A stretch of DNA of 39,059 nucleotides from a virus (taxonomy: Duplodnaviria > Caudoviricetes), in IMG/VR virus record IMGVR_UViG_3300020280_000007, positions 1-39,059 of that record. One strand, written 5' to 3'. Positions 1-7,624 of this stretch are shown piece after piece. Position numbers and translations under genes: made by a program. The number at the start of each line of letters is the position of its first letter. Within the stretch, counting starts at the first letter, position 1. The notes below the pieces were generated by a model. That model saw only the letters and a program-made list of their open reading frames with translations. It was not told where the DNA came from and did no database searches.

Positions 1-162
1 TGCCCCTGGTAGACTGAAAATTACAACTCTTTTTCCTTTGAAATAAGAATCTGTTGTTGCGTTATGCCATTCACCACCAATAGCACAACCGCCATCAGTT
101 TCCACAGCATCGCCTGTTCGTACTCTAAAAGTTACTTTTGGAATTTTGAATCCTTTAATCAT
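1..162 (-). CDS. Peroxiredoxin (Prx5/redoxin family), N-terminal part, truncated by the window edge
   Basis: Not in the ORF track. Manual translation from ATG 162 gives MIKGFKIPKVTFRVRTGDAVETDGGCAIGGEWHNATTDSYFKGKRVVIFSLPGA. FKGKRVVIFSLPGA is the typical lead-in to the PGAFTPTC active site. A sigma70-like promoter lies upstream. Confidence 0.85.
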   Translation of the reverse strand, partial: MIKGFKIPKVTFRVRTGDAVETDGGCAIGGEWHNATTDSYFKGKRVVIFSLPGA

Positions 163-197
163 ATTATTCTTTACCTGTGTTAAAAATTATATAAGCG

Positions 198-226
198 ATT
201 ATACTTAATAATTACAGCAAAGTCAA
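198..226 (-). promoter_or_regulatory. sigma70-like promoter for peroxiredoxin
   Basis: Minus strand TTGACT (226-221)-N17-TATAAT (203-198). Confidence 0.75.
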
Positions 227-229
227 TGA

Positions 230-883
230 TTATTTTTTGATAGGACTGTCTTTTTCTTCGTAGAAATAATCGTTGGAATCACCAAAAGTTACACTGCTTT
301 CATTTTCGCAGAAGAACTCTTTGGTGCTAACTTGGAAGTCTGGTCTTTTCAATTCTGATGGAGTCAATGATTGTTCGTACCAAAGCATTCTATTGTTTGG
401 TTGTGCAAAGTATTGACCATTTTCTAATCTTCCAAAATTGTGTTGTTTGTGTTCGCTAGGGACTTCAGATACTCCTGTGTTTACAGAGTTTGGATCTCCA
501 TGACAGGCATCTATTGTAAAAAGGTATTCGCCTTTCATTCTGCCGCCACCTTTTAGCATTATTTCAACATCACAATTTTTAAGAATAGATTTTGTCCATA
601 CTTGAATATTGCTACTGAAACTATCCCATAGTTCTAATGTGCCTAGTGGTAGTTGTTCTTCTTCTTTTATGCCAGTTTTCCAAACAAATGCTGATAGTGG
701 AAATTTATCAAAACAAGCACCATACTCAGGCAGGTATGCTTCGAACATTAATGCTCTACCTTGTACTGATTTAACTGCTATGATAACTGCCTCTACGAAC
801 TCGCCGTGGCCTCTTTCAAGGTCGTGTAAGTATTCTTTACGAACCCAACATTTTGTATACGGAATATTTGCAACGAAATTCAA
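230..883 (-). CDS. Conserved marine phage hypothetical protein (217 aa)
   Basis: TTG start 7 nt after GGAGG; ATAAATA at 919-913. ANIP..CWVRKEYL and AQPNNR motifs recall a widespread marine phage family of unknown function. Confidence 0.75.
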   Translation of the reverse strand: MNFVANIPYTKCWVRKEYLHDLERGHGEFVEAVIIAVKSVQGRALMFEAYLPEYGACFDKFPLSAFVWKTGIKEEEQLPLGTLELWDSFSSNIQVWTKSILKNCDVEIMLKGGGRMKGEYLFTIDACHGDPNSVNTGVSEVPSEHKQHNFGRLENGQYFAQPNNRMLWYEQSLTPSELKRPDFQVSTKEFFCENESSVTFGDSNDYFYEEKDSPIKK

Positions 884-912
884 GACACAACCTCCCCCTT
901 GTTAATATATTG

Positions 913-919
913 TATTTAT
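913..919 (-). promoter_or_regulatory. T4-late-like promoter ATAAATA
   Basis: Intergenic ATAAATA upstream of the GGAGG and TTG start at 883. Confidence 0.55.
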
Positions 920-950
920 GGAAAAAAATTATCTTATGGAGTTTAAAAGG

Positions 951-1079
951 TTATTTTGACTTGCGTTTTTTTCTGCCGGCGCAGTGTGCTTTTTGTGAAA
1001 AGCCTTTTGGATTTGAACAATTGATTGATTTTTTATATTTTTTTGACCACTTCTCTAAAACAACTTCCGCAATTTTCAT
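951..1079 (-). CDS. Small basic two-Cys peptide with capsid-targeting-like tag (42 aa)
   Basis: Not in track. MKIAEVVLE|KWSKKYKKSINCSNPKGFSQKAHCAGRKKRKSK; TAATG overlap with the upstream ORF. Confidence 0.8.
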   Translation of the reverse strand: MKIAEVVLEKWSKKYKKSINCSNPKGFSQKAHCAGRKKRKSK

Positions 1080-1216
1080 TATGCTGTTTTATGTTTATTC
1101 CTAATAGACCATGAATAAAAATTAACTTTGCTTTTAACTTTCATGTAAAATCTAGTGATATCATTTTTTACAGGCATTAAGTAAGGTACGTTCCTTTGTC
1201 TATTTCTTATTTTCAT
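1079..1216 (-). CDS. Small basic hypothetical peptide (45 aa)
   Basis: Not in track. MKIRNRQRNVPYLMPVKNDITRFYMKVKSKVNFYSWSIRNKHKTA; fills the gap exactly with TAATG overlaps at both ends. Confidence 0.65.
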   Translation of the reverse strand: MKIRNRQRNVPYLMPVKNDITRFYMKVKSKVNFYSWSIRNKHKTA

Positions 1217-1617
1217 TATTTTTTCTTTTTTGTAGCAACGTTGATTGCTTTTCCTCTTCTGTTTGGATTAGGATCTTTTCTTCTTTTTCTACGTGCCGCA
1301 CTTGCTCTGCCTTTTTTACCTAAGGCGTAGGCTTTTCTGGCAGGTAGGCATTTTGGCTTGCCTTCACCTTTTGACTTGCCTCCACATGATCCTCTGATTT
1401 TGCCACCAGGTCCCATGCGTACCCATTTGTCTTTGAACCATTTTTTAAGATTTTCGTCTAGGGATTCATCTAAAACAAGACTGTAACAATTAACACAGAA
1501 GTCAACGTGTTCTCTCTTAACGCAGTTGGGTACACGTTTTCCGAACATGGTCTTCATGCCCTTCTTTTCGTAACCCTTCCAACAACGTGTGCCTTCTACG
1601 ACTTCGTTTACCTTCAT
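1216..1617 (-). CDS. Basic modular protein, putative internal head protein (133 aa)
   Basis: MKVNEVVE tag; CWKGY..PNCV module; acidic linker VLDESLDE; basic LKKWFKDKWV..C..KCLP module. Confidence 0.8.
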   Translation of the reverse strand: MKVNEVVEGTRCWKGYEKKGMKTMFGKRVPNCVKREHVDFCVNCYSLVLDESLDENLKKWFKDKWVRMGPGGKIRGSCGGKSKGEGKPKCLPARKAYALGKKGRASAARRKRRKDPNPNRRGKAINVATKKKK

Positions 1618-2726
1618 TACTTTTTACTCTTGTTGCCCCAATTAGCCGCGCCTTTTTTACGACACTGAACTAGAGCACCAGAGGCGTAAGCCGAAGGCCA
1701 AACTTTGTATCTTGATCTGACTTTGTGATAGCAGGCGTCTTTTTTCTCTGCTAATTTTTCGAATTCTTCTTCTGAGATAGGTTTACCAATAAAGTCTTCT
1801 AGAACAGGTTCAGTCTTTTTTTTAGACATCTCTTCTAGTTTTGATTGATATTTTTTGCTGATAGTTTCTTTGTATGTAGGTGCAGGCTGTTCTGATTTTG
1901 CTTTTATCGCCTGTACAATCTTTGTTCTTGATTCCGTCATCTCTTCGCTAGACATCATTTCGTAATCCATGTAATGGAACACTGAACTTAGATAATCACT
2001 TGCTTTTGTAATCTTAGCCGCGACCCAACCTTCTAAACCTTGTTCTTCCGAAACGTTTTTTAATCTGTCATGTAGTTTTATTGAATATTTTGCCGCTTTG
2101 TATAAATCTGATCTTGCCATTTGCACTTCGTGATCCTGCTCTACTTTGTGTGCCATCTGTGCTAGGTCTTCTGATACACCTGCTTTTCTAAGTCTTTTTG
2201 CTTGGCTCTTGTGCATCGCAACTGCTTTGTCTAATTCTTTTGCTATCTTTTTAACGTTTGCAGGAATTTCTTTTGATTCCTCTTCGTTTTGTTTTCCGTA
2301 AGTGATGCAAGGTGTTTGTCCACATCCACAATTCTTTTCTTGTTTTTCAACTTTTACTGATTCGTCTTTAATTAAATCGTGTTGGTGTTTTTGTAAATCT
2401 GTCATGTTATCGAATGTTCCTGTTAGTTTGCCGTGTCTGTACGAATAAAATTTACCTTTTAAATTTTTTGCTGATAATCCGTATTTGTTCATGTTCATGT
2501 CACTTGGTTCTGGTTTTGTTTCGTCTGGACCATCATATTCAGGTAGTTTGTCTTCTGCCCTTAATGAAGATAGTTTGTATCCTTTTGCCATGTACTCGTC
2601 TTTTTTCTCTGCTGGAATAAGGATTGTTTTGCCATCTTTGTGTACATACAATTTTGGACTTGCTTGACCCATTCTTTTTAAGTCTGCCGCCTGTACTCCA
2701 TCACCTGACATTTCTTTAAATTTCAT
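1617..2726 (-). CDS. Multi-module putative internal head polyprotein (369 aa)
   Basis: MKFKEM tag; Glu-rich linkers; CGCGQTPC, DHEVQMARSDLY..LEGWVAAKITKA and C-terminal KKDACYHKV..WPSAYASGALVQCRK modules. Confidence 0.8.
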   Translation of the reverse strand: MKFKEMSGDGVQAADLKRMGQASPKLYVHKDGKTILIPAEKKDEYMAKGYKLSSLRAEDKLPEYDGPDETKPEPSDMNMNKYGLSAKNLKGKFYSYRHGKLTGTFDNMTDLQKHQHDLIKDESVKVEKQEKNCGCGQTPCITYGKQNEEESKEIPANVKKIAKELDKAVAMHKSQAKRLRKAGVSEDLAQMAHKVEQDHEVQMARSDLYKAAKYSIKLHDRLKNVSEEQGLEGWVAAKITKASDYLSSVFHYMDYEMMSSEEMTESRTKIVQAIKAKSEQPAPTYKETISKKYQSKLEEMSKKKTEPVLEDFIGKPISEEEFEKLAEKKDACYHKVRSRYKVWPSAYASGALVQCRKKGAANWGNKSKK

Positions 2727-2728
2727 AA

Positions 2729-2836
2729 TTAATCACAACATTCGCAAGTGCAAGTGCCACAATCACAATCGCAAGTTTCCTCACAATGGTGTTCGCAACT
2801 ACAATCTTCGCAAATGCATTTTTTGTTATCTTCCAT
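2729..2836 (-). CDS. Metallothionein-like Cys-rich peptide (35 aa)
   Basis: Not in track. MEDNKKCICEDCSCEHHCEETCDCDCGTCTCECCD: 12 Cys, 2 His, no aromatic residues. ATAAATA lies 5 nt upstream and the stop is 2 nt before the next ATG. Confidence 0.75.
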   Translation of the reverse strand: MEDNKKCICEDCSCEHHCEETCDCDCGTCTCECCD

Positions 2837-2841
2837 GTTAA

Positions 2842-2848
2842 TATTTAT
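2842..2848 (-). promoter_or_regulatory. T4-late-like promoter, leaderless geometry
   Basis: ATAAATA-N5-ATG(2836), no SD; overlaps the upstream stop codon. Confidence 0.5.
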
Positions 2849-3102
2849 CTCTTTAGTGGTCCACCAAATAAACTCACTCCTGGTAGTGCATGAGCGCCTT
2901 TGGCTGTTCCATCTGCTTTTTTAGGTTGTACTACTTTTGGTAGTTTAGGAGCCTTCGTACCTGACTTTCCCGGACTGCCTGTGTATGATTTTTTAAATCT
3001 ATCAGGGCCTACTGCGATATGCGGTGACGGTACCGTTGCTATACTGCCGGCACTTGTTGCACCTGCTGACGCTACCTCTGATATGATTTCTCTAATCTTC
3101 AT
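2845..3102 (-). CDS. Small basic protein with capsid-targeting-like tag (85 aa)
   Basis: MKIREIISE|VASAGATSAGSIA followed by a Lys/Pro/Gly-rich body; GTAAATA-N5-ATG upstream. Confidence 0.8.
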   Translation of the reverse strand: MKIREIISEVASAGATSAGSIATVPSPHIAVGPDRFKKSYTGSPGKSGTKAPKLPKVVQPKKADGTAKGAHALPGVSLFGGPLKR

Positions 3103-3106
3103 AATA

Positions 3107-3289
3107 CTATTTACTGCCTTTAAAAAGATTCTTCACTTTTTTAGAAGTGCTGTATTTTGCGTGTGGCACTTTAAGGTTCTTTTTCCCATAAATGTCACCT
3201 ATTTTATGACGGTACACCATAAGTTCAGGATCTAACCCATAATGATAATCAATACGGGCCTCTACGACTTTGATGTCCTTATAACGCAT
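3107..3289 (-). CDS. Small basic protein (60 aa)
   Basis: MRYKDIKVVE|AR tag-like N-terminus; abuts its neighbours. Confidence 0.7.
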   Translation of the reverse strand: MRYKDIKVVEARIDYHYGLDPELMVYRHKIGDIYGKKNLKVPHAKYSTSKKVKNLFKGSK

Positions 3290-3433
3290 TTACTTCTTAA
3301 ATGGGTTTAAACCTTTGATACTTTTTACAGCACCTTTGGTTTTATCACCAACTGCTTTTGTCAATTTCCCTACTTTGCCTTTTACGTCTGGCATTTTTAC
3401 CTTAGGCATTTTAGGCATTTTTAGTTTCATCAT
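3290..3433 (-). CDS. Lys-rich peptide with KMP repeats (47 aa)
   Basis: Not in track. MMKLKMPKMPKVKMPDVKGKVGKLTKAVGDKTKGAVKSIKGLNPFKK; AGGAG SD; ATAAATA at 3457-3451. Confidence 0.75.
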   Translation of the reverse strand: MMKLKMPKMPKVKMPDVKGKVGKLTKAVGDKTKGAVKSIKGLNPFKK

Positions 3434-3475
3434 AGTTGTTCTCCTATGTGTATTTATCGGATTTGGGGGTAGTAT

Positions 3476-3712
3476 TTAGGCTAATTTCTTGAGGTGTTCT
3501 ATGCCGTTGTCTATTACTGCACGGTCATTTAAACTGCCTGGACCTTGTTCTTCGGCGCCTGATGATAGCGATTCAAGTCCTTCAACGAACTTGTCAGATG
3601 TTATTTCGCTTGATTCGAATCTTCCTTTCAACGCAAGAATGCTTGTAGCGGTCTCTTTTGCCCAACCATTTCCTTCGTCTCTAAGTCTTATAAGTTCTGT
3701 TAAGTAGTTCAT
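3476..3712 (-). CDS. Hypothetical protein (78 aa)
   Basis: ORF in line with its neighbours; perfect TATAAATA 5 nt upstream. Confidence 0.7.
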   Translation of the reverse strand: MNYLTELIRLRDEGNGWAKETATSILALKGRFESSEITSDKFVEGLESLSSGAEEQGPGSLNDRAVIDNGIEHLKKLA

Positions 3713-3717
3713 ATTGT

Positions 3718-3725
3718 TATTTATA
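3718..3725 (-). promoter_or_regulatory. T4 late promoter consensus TATAAATA
   Basis: Exact TATAAATA-N5-ATG(3712); overlaps the upstream stop codon. Confidence 0.6.
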
Positions 3726-3879
3726 CTTTTTTAGGACGCCAGCCACCTCTTTTGCCGTTTGCGTTTTTGTCCCAGTGTTGCACCGTGCCGTCTTTCAGTA
3801 CACGATAACTCTTAAACTTTTTAGGCTTCTTGCCCAATGTATTGTAAGGTTTAGGTTTATTCGCTCTTCTGAATGCCAT
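3721..3879 (-). CDS. Small basic peptide (52 aa)
   Basis: Not in track. MAFRRANKPKPYNTLGKKPKKFKSYRVLKDGTVQHWDKNANGKRGGWRPKKV; AGGA SD; GTAAATA at 3904-3898. Confidence 0.7.
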   Translation of the reverse strand: MAFRRANKPKPYNTLGKKPKKFKSYRVLKDGTVQHWDKNANGKRGGWRPKKV

Positions 3880-3915
3880 TGATAGTATCCTATACTATAT
3901 TTACCAATGGAACTA

Positions 3916-4809
3916 TTACTTTTTCTTCTTTCTGCCTCTTCGCATATTAATCTGCCAACGTGCCAACTGCCCTTTTCTGCCAGGTGCTTTTGCGGCTTTT
4001 TGTAATTGTGCCATTGTTGCACCTTTAGGTATTCCATGTCGTTGACTGTCACCAGGTTTGCCTGGCCCTTTACCATCTGCAAAGTTATCAAACATTTTTT
4101 TTGGTTTGCCTTTGCCTAAACCTAATTTCTTAACATTCATGTATTGTCCGCCTACTGGCACATCTTTTGTGGCATTTTGTTTTGTCACTATGCCTACACC
4201 TGCGGCTTCGTCCTTGGCTGTCATGTATTTCTGTTTGTATGTTTCCAATCCTGCTTTTACTTTATCTATGGAATCTCTATTTGCTTGATACAATATACCG
4301 TATCCACCTCTTCCTGTCCATCTTTGTATATTGATTGGTCTATCATCAACTAGAATATTTGGCTTGTTATTTTTATTCATTGCATAGGATTCTTTACGTC
4401 CTGTCACAATTATTTCTTGTGGCTTTGGAAGATGTTTTCCTATCCACACTTTTTTGTAGTATGCTGAATTTTTATTATCACCTCTTAACGGAGATGTGTT
4501 GATAGAATACACTCCACCCGTAAAGTCCTGCACTAATTTCACTAAAGAATCTGCCGAATTAAATTTTGGCAAAGTTTCGAAGAAATTTGTACCCGTAATT
4601 TTTTTAATCACTTCAGTCTTTAAATCTTTTGTTTTATCAGAAGTTAATTCTTTCCAGTGTTGGACTCCATACAATTTTTCTATTCCACCAAAAAAATCTG
4701 CAAGGACTCCGTCCATATCCAAATAAACTGTCGGCATCGATTCCATATTTTCATTATACAACCTTTTGTTGTAGATGTCAATGGTTCTGCTTATTTCGGA
4801 AAGTCGCAT
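3916..4809 (-). CDS. HAD-family 5'(3')-nucleotidase (NT5C-like) fused to basic C-terminal modules
   Basis: YLDMDGVLADF (HAD motif I) and ILVDDR (motif IV); MRLSEI tag; basic tail ending LARWQINMRRGRKKKK. Confidence 0.8.
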   Translation of the reverse strand: MRLSEISRTIDIYNKRLYNENMESMPTVYLDMDGVLADFFGGIEKLYGVQHWKELTSDKTKDLKTEVIKKITGTNFFETLPKFNSADSLVKLVQDFTGGVYSINTSPLRGDNKNSAYYKKVWIGKHLPKPQEIIVTGRKESYAMNKNNKPNILVDDRPINIQRWTGRGGYGILYQANRDSIDKVKAGLETYKQKYMTAKDEAAGVGIVTKQNATKDVPVGGQYMNVKKLGLGKGKPKKMFDNFADGKGPGKPGDSQRHGIPKGATMAQLQKAAKAPGRKGQLARWQINMRRGRKKKK

Positions 4810-5240
4810 TAATTAAAACCAAAATGTGTTACTTCTGGATATTTGGCAATAATTTTTCTGGCTAGTTCGTTGTGATATTTGATTGTTTTATTCATATGCC
4901 CTTCTTCTCTGCCACCAGTGTACATTGTGGGTCCACCTGGATTTTTATCAACTTGGGTTGGTTCGTATGGTGAAGGCTTGTCAATATTCTTTTGAAGCCA
5001 TTGTGTAGTCCTAGCAATAAATTCTTTTGCCGGTACAGGTGGTTGATTGTCTTCAAAGTCTGGATTGTAACCTAGTGCATCTAGAAATTGTCTCATACTT
5101 GCGTTGCTCATGTATGGAGTATCTAATGGCTCGTCTTTTTGCCAAGCATCTGGGAAAGTCCAAGTCTTTTGTGTTTTGTCTTTAGGGTCTTTGAAGTAAG
5201 GCATCATTGATGCGCCTTCTAAAAGTTCGTGAAATCTCAT
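4809..5240 (-). CDS. Hypothetical protein with capsid-targeting-like tag (143 aa)
   Basis: MRFHELLE|GASM; TAATG coupling. Confidence 0.75.
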   Translation of the reverse strand: MRFHELLEGASMMPYFKDPKDKTQKTWTFPDAWQKDEPLDTPYMSNASMRQFLDALGYNPDFEDNQPPVPAKEFIARTTQWLQKNIDKPSPYEPTQVDKNPGGPTMYTGGREEGHMNKTIKYHNELARKIIAKYPEVTHFGFN

Positions 5241-5959
5241 TAGTCACCCTTTTGTTTGTCGTCTAACTTCTTCTGAACAAAGTCAATTAATTTTAAAGTA
5301 AATTCTTTGTTTTCCATATCTTCTTGTGTAAATGCAGGTTTCATTTCTATTTGTCTTTCTATGCCTGCAACTTTTGTGTTTAGGAATTGCAGTATGTCAA
5401 CTTTCATCTGTGCGTCAATGTCTGCGTCTTCTGGAAATGATCCCTTTATTTCCTGTGCTATGTCATCTTCAACCTTGCCAAGTGCTGTCAAGGCCGATGT
5501 TTTTGTGCCATCATCCATAGCCAATTCTGAAATTCTGTCTTTCATGGAAGAAATGTCTACTAATAGTTTTCTAATATCTATGTCGGTATTATCATCTTCC
5601 TGCATATCATCTTTCACATACTTGTCTTTAATTTTTCCTATTTCTTGATGTGAAGCACCTTTGCCTGCGGCACTTTGAATTTTACGCATACCTTCTTTGC
5701 CGTACTTCTTAACTCCTGCACGATACATGATACCACTTTCGTCTATGTCTAAAATTTCTTCTTTAGGCATATTTTTCTCTGCCCATTTACGTAATTCTTC
5801 TTTTCTCTTTGCGATAGTTGCCTGTGTTTCAGGATCTCTCATTCTAGGATTATTCTGAATCTGTTGCAGAGTTTTCATCTTTTCTTTGTAGTCAGCCGCA
5901 TCCTTCGGATCTGGTTGTCCTGCAATTTTAAACTCTGGTAATATGTTTCTTATCTTCAT
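5240..5959 (-). CDS. Helical acidic/basic modular protein, putative internal head protein (239 aa)
   Basis: MKIRNILPE tag; ILDIDE| followed by basic GVKKYGKEGMRKIQSAAGKG module. Confidence 0.75.
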   Translation of the reverse strand: MKIRNILPEFKIAGQPDPKDAADYKEKMKTLQQIQNNPRMRDPETQATIAKRKEELRKWAEKNMPKEEILDIDESGIMYRAGVKKYGKEGMRKIQSAAGKGASHQEIGKIKDKYVKDDMQEDDNTDIDIRKLLVDISSMKDRISELAMDDGTKTSALTALGKVEDDIAQEIKGSFPEDADIDAQMKVDILQFLNTKVAGIERQIEMKPAFTQEDMENKEFTLKLIDFVQKKLDDKQKGD

Positions 5960-6165
5960 TTCTTCCTACCTCTAAACGGTGTATATGAACCTTGCATATA
6001 TGGTCTTCTGAACCATAACTTAAACCATTCTCTATCACCTGGCTTCAAGCCTAGTTGTTTTTCCTTCTGCTTTAAAGCAGTTGCAGTATGACTGATATTT
6101 TGTTGCGTCTCGTGTTTTTGCTCACTACCAATGCCTGCAAGTTTTTTCAACTCTGCTATGTTCAT
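5956..6165 (-). CDS. Small conserved phage protein (69 aa)
   Basis: ELKKLAGI and KPGDREWFKLWF motifs; ATGA overlap with the next gene. Confidence 0.75.
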   Translation of the reverse strand: MNIAELKKLAGIGSEQKHETQQNISHTATALKQKEKQLGLKPGDREWFKLWFRRPYMQGSYTPFRGRKK

Positions 6166-6167
6166 AT

Positions 6168-6749
6168 TTATGCTGGCTCCTTCTGTACACCCATGCCTTT
6201 ACGCACCTCATCGTACATACTTTTTGCTAGTTTTGTAGGCAATGGAGTCATACGTATAAAGTTCTTTTCATCACCTCTCATTGCTAATTCACGCATTTTA
6301 CTGGCGCTAATCCCCTCAATTCCGGGCGAGTCAGGATCTCTAGTACCTGCGTCCACAGTTTTAATAGATTTGAAGTTATAGTCTTTGCCGTTGTATCTGT
6401 TTAATAATGTATTGAATGTGTTTGCTCTATCGCTACCTGCAACATATATTATATCTGTGTATCCTCTTTTTTGTAGATATTGCATTGCTTGTACCCATGT
6501 CCTTACTGAACTGTCACCTAATTGTATTCCAGGAAACATTGCTGTGGCGTATTTGACTTTTTGCTCGTGTGTTAATGGATCAGTTGCTGGACTGGCACTC
6601 TTAGATGGCCCTAAAAACAGGTAAGGGTCTCCTGCCTGTGTCATGATTGTGTTTACTAATTTTTTGTGACCTGCTGTTGGCGGATTCATTCTGCCAAATG
6701 CGAATACTGCCGTTTTACTTGGAGCCTCTACAACTTCTACTATACGCAT
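6168..6749 (-). CDS. Cytidyltransferase-like (HxGH-superfamily) nucleotidyltransferase
   Basis: VFAFGRMNPPTAGH, VAGSDR, AGTRDPD and SASKMR motifs typical of the phage cytidyltransferase-like family; MRIVEVVE tag. Confidence 0.85.
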   Translation of the reverse strand: MRIVEVVEAPSKTAVFAFGRMNPPTAGHKKLVNTIMTQAGDPYLFLGPSKSASPATDPLTHEQKVKYATAMFPGIQLGDSSVRTWVQAMQYLQKRGYTDIIYVAGSDRANTFNTLLNRYNGKDYNFKSIKTVDAGTRDPDSPGIEGISASKMRELAMRGDEKNFIRMTPLPTKLAKSMYDEVRKGMGVQKEPA

Positions 6750-6751
6750 GA

Positions 6752-7042
6752 TTACTCCTCATTTTCAGCATCAAACATTCTAGCCATTAGTGTTTTCTTA
6801 TCTTCTGGTGTAACCATGTCCATCATTCTAGATGGAATATTAAATTTCTTTGAATATTCGCTCATAGCATATTCAATCACAGGCATCATCATTTCATTGT
6901 TGCCTGTTTGCTTTGCTTTGTTCATTGCAGGAAAATAATGTTTTCTGTAAAAGTCATCATCATTCATCATGTAATGATACATATCGTCCATTAGATCGTA
7001 ATCTAATTTTATTTCATTGTTGAATTCATACAGTCTTACCAT
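6752..7042 (-). CDS. Hypothetical protein (96 aa)
   Basis: YMMNDDDFYRKHYFP motif; overlaps the upstream gene by 7 nt. Confidence 0.75.
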   Translation of the reverse strand: MVRLYEFNNEIKLDYDLMDDMYHYMMNDDDFYRKHYFPAMNKAKQTGNNEMMMPVIEYAMSEYSKKFNIPSRMMDMVTPEDKKTLMARMFDAENEE

Positions 7043-7623
7043 TTTCTACAACTCCAATATCTTGCTTTTGTTCTTGGACCTGGATTATCACAGTTGTGTC
7101 TTGCTCTAAAACTTCTACGTCTAGCAGGATTAGATTTTTTAATTCTCATATTAGGATCACCGAAGTTAACTTTTTTAATATTTTTAGTTTTCGGATCTCT
7201 TACAAATACTTTAAATTTTTTTACATCACCACGCATTGGTTTGCCTAATGATACTTTTCTACCTCTGTATTCTGCTTCATCTAAAGATTCATCTTCGCTG
7301 TACCACATATCTCCGTATGCTTCGTGGAAACTGTCTCCGTCGTAAGTTTCTTCATCAGGATCGTTATTGCTTATTTCAACTTCTAATCCTTCAACACCCA
7401 TTTCTTGTAAATTTTTAGAAATAGCATCAGCAAGTTCGTCTGACTCAAATTCGTCTAATTGTCTATGCAATTCTAGTCTTAAAACTTGATTGCCATCTAC
7501 GTTTTCAAAAGTAGTGTAATTTGTTTCGCTTTCTAAAAGACCAACTGCACTATGCCATAGACATACATCTATTTCTGATTCTGTAAAGTCTTTTTCTTTA
7601 ATAATGTTTATATAATGATGCAT
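7036..7623 (-). CDS. Acidic N-terminal region plus highly basic C-terminal module (195 aa)
   Basis: Sharp charge switch at DESLDE|AEYRGRKV..KVNFGD..SFRARHNC..ARYWSCRKW. Confidence 0.8.
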   Translation of the reverse strand: MHHYINIIKEKDFTESEIDVCLWHSAVGLLESETNYTTFENVDGNQVLRLELHRQLDEFESDELADAISKNLQEMGVEGLEVEISNNDPDEETYDGDSFHEAYGDMWYSEDESLDEAEYRGRKVSLGKPMRGDVKKFKVFVRDPKTKNIKKVNFGDPNMRIKKSNPARRRSFRARHNCDNPGPRTKARYWSCRKW

Positions 7624-7624
7624 A

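Noticed and set aside
6165-6171. ATAAATA as a promoter for the 69-aa gene
   Set aside because: It is formed by a stop codon and overlaps the ATG itself, so it cannot drive that gene.
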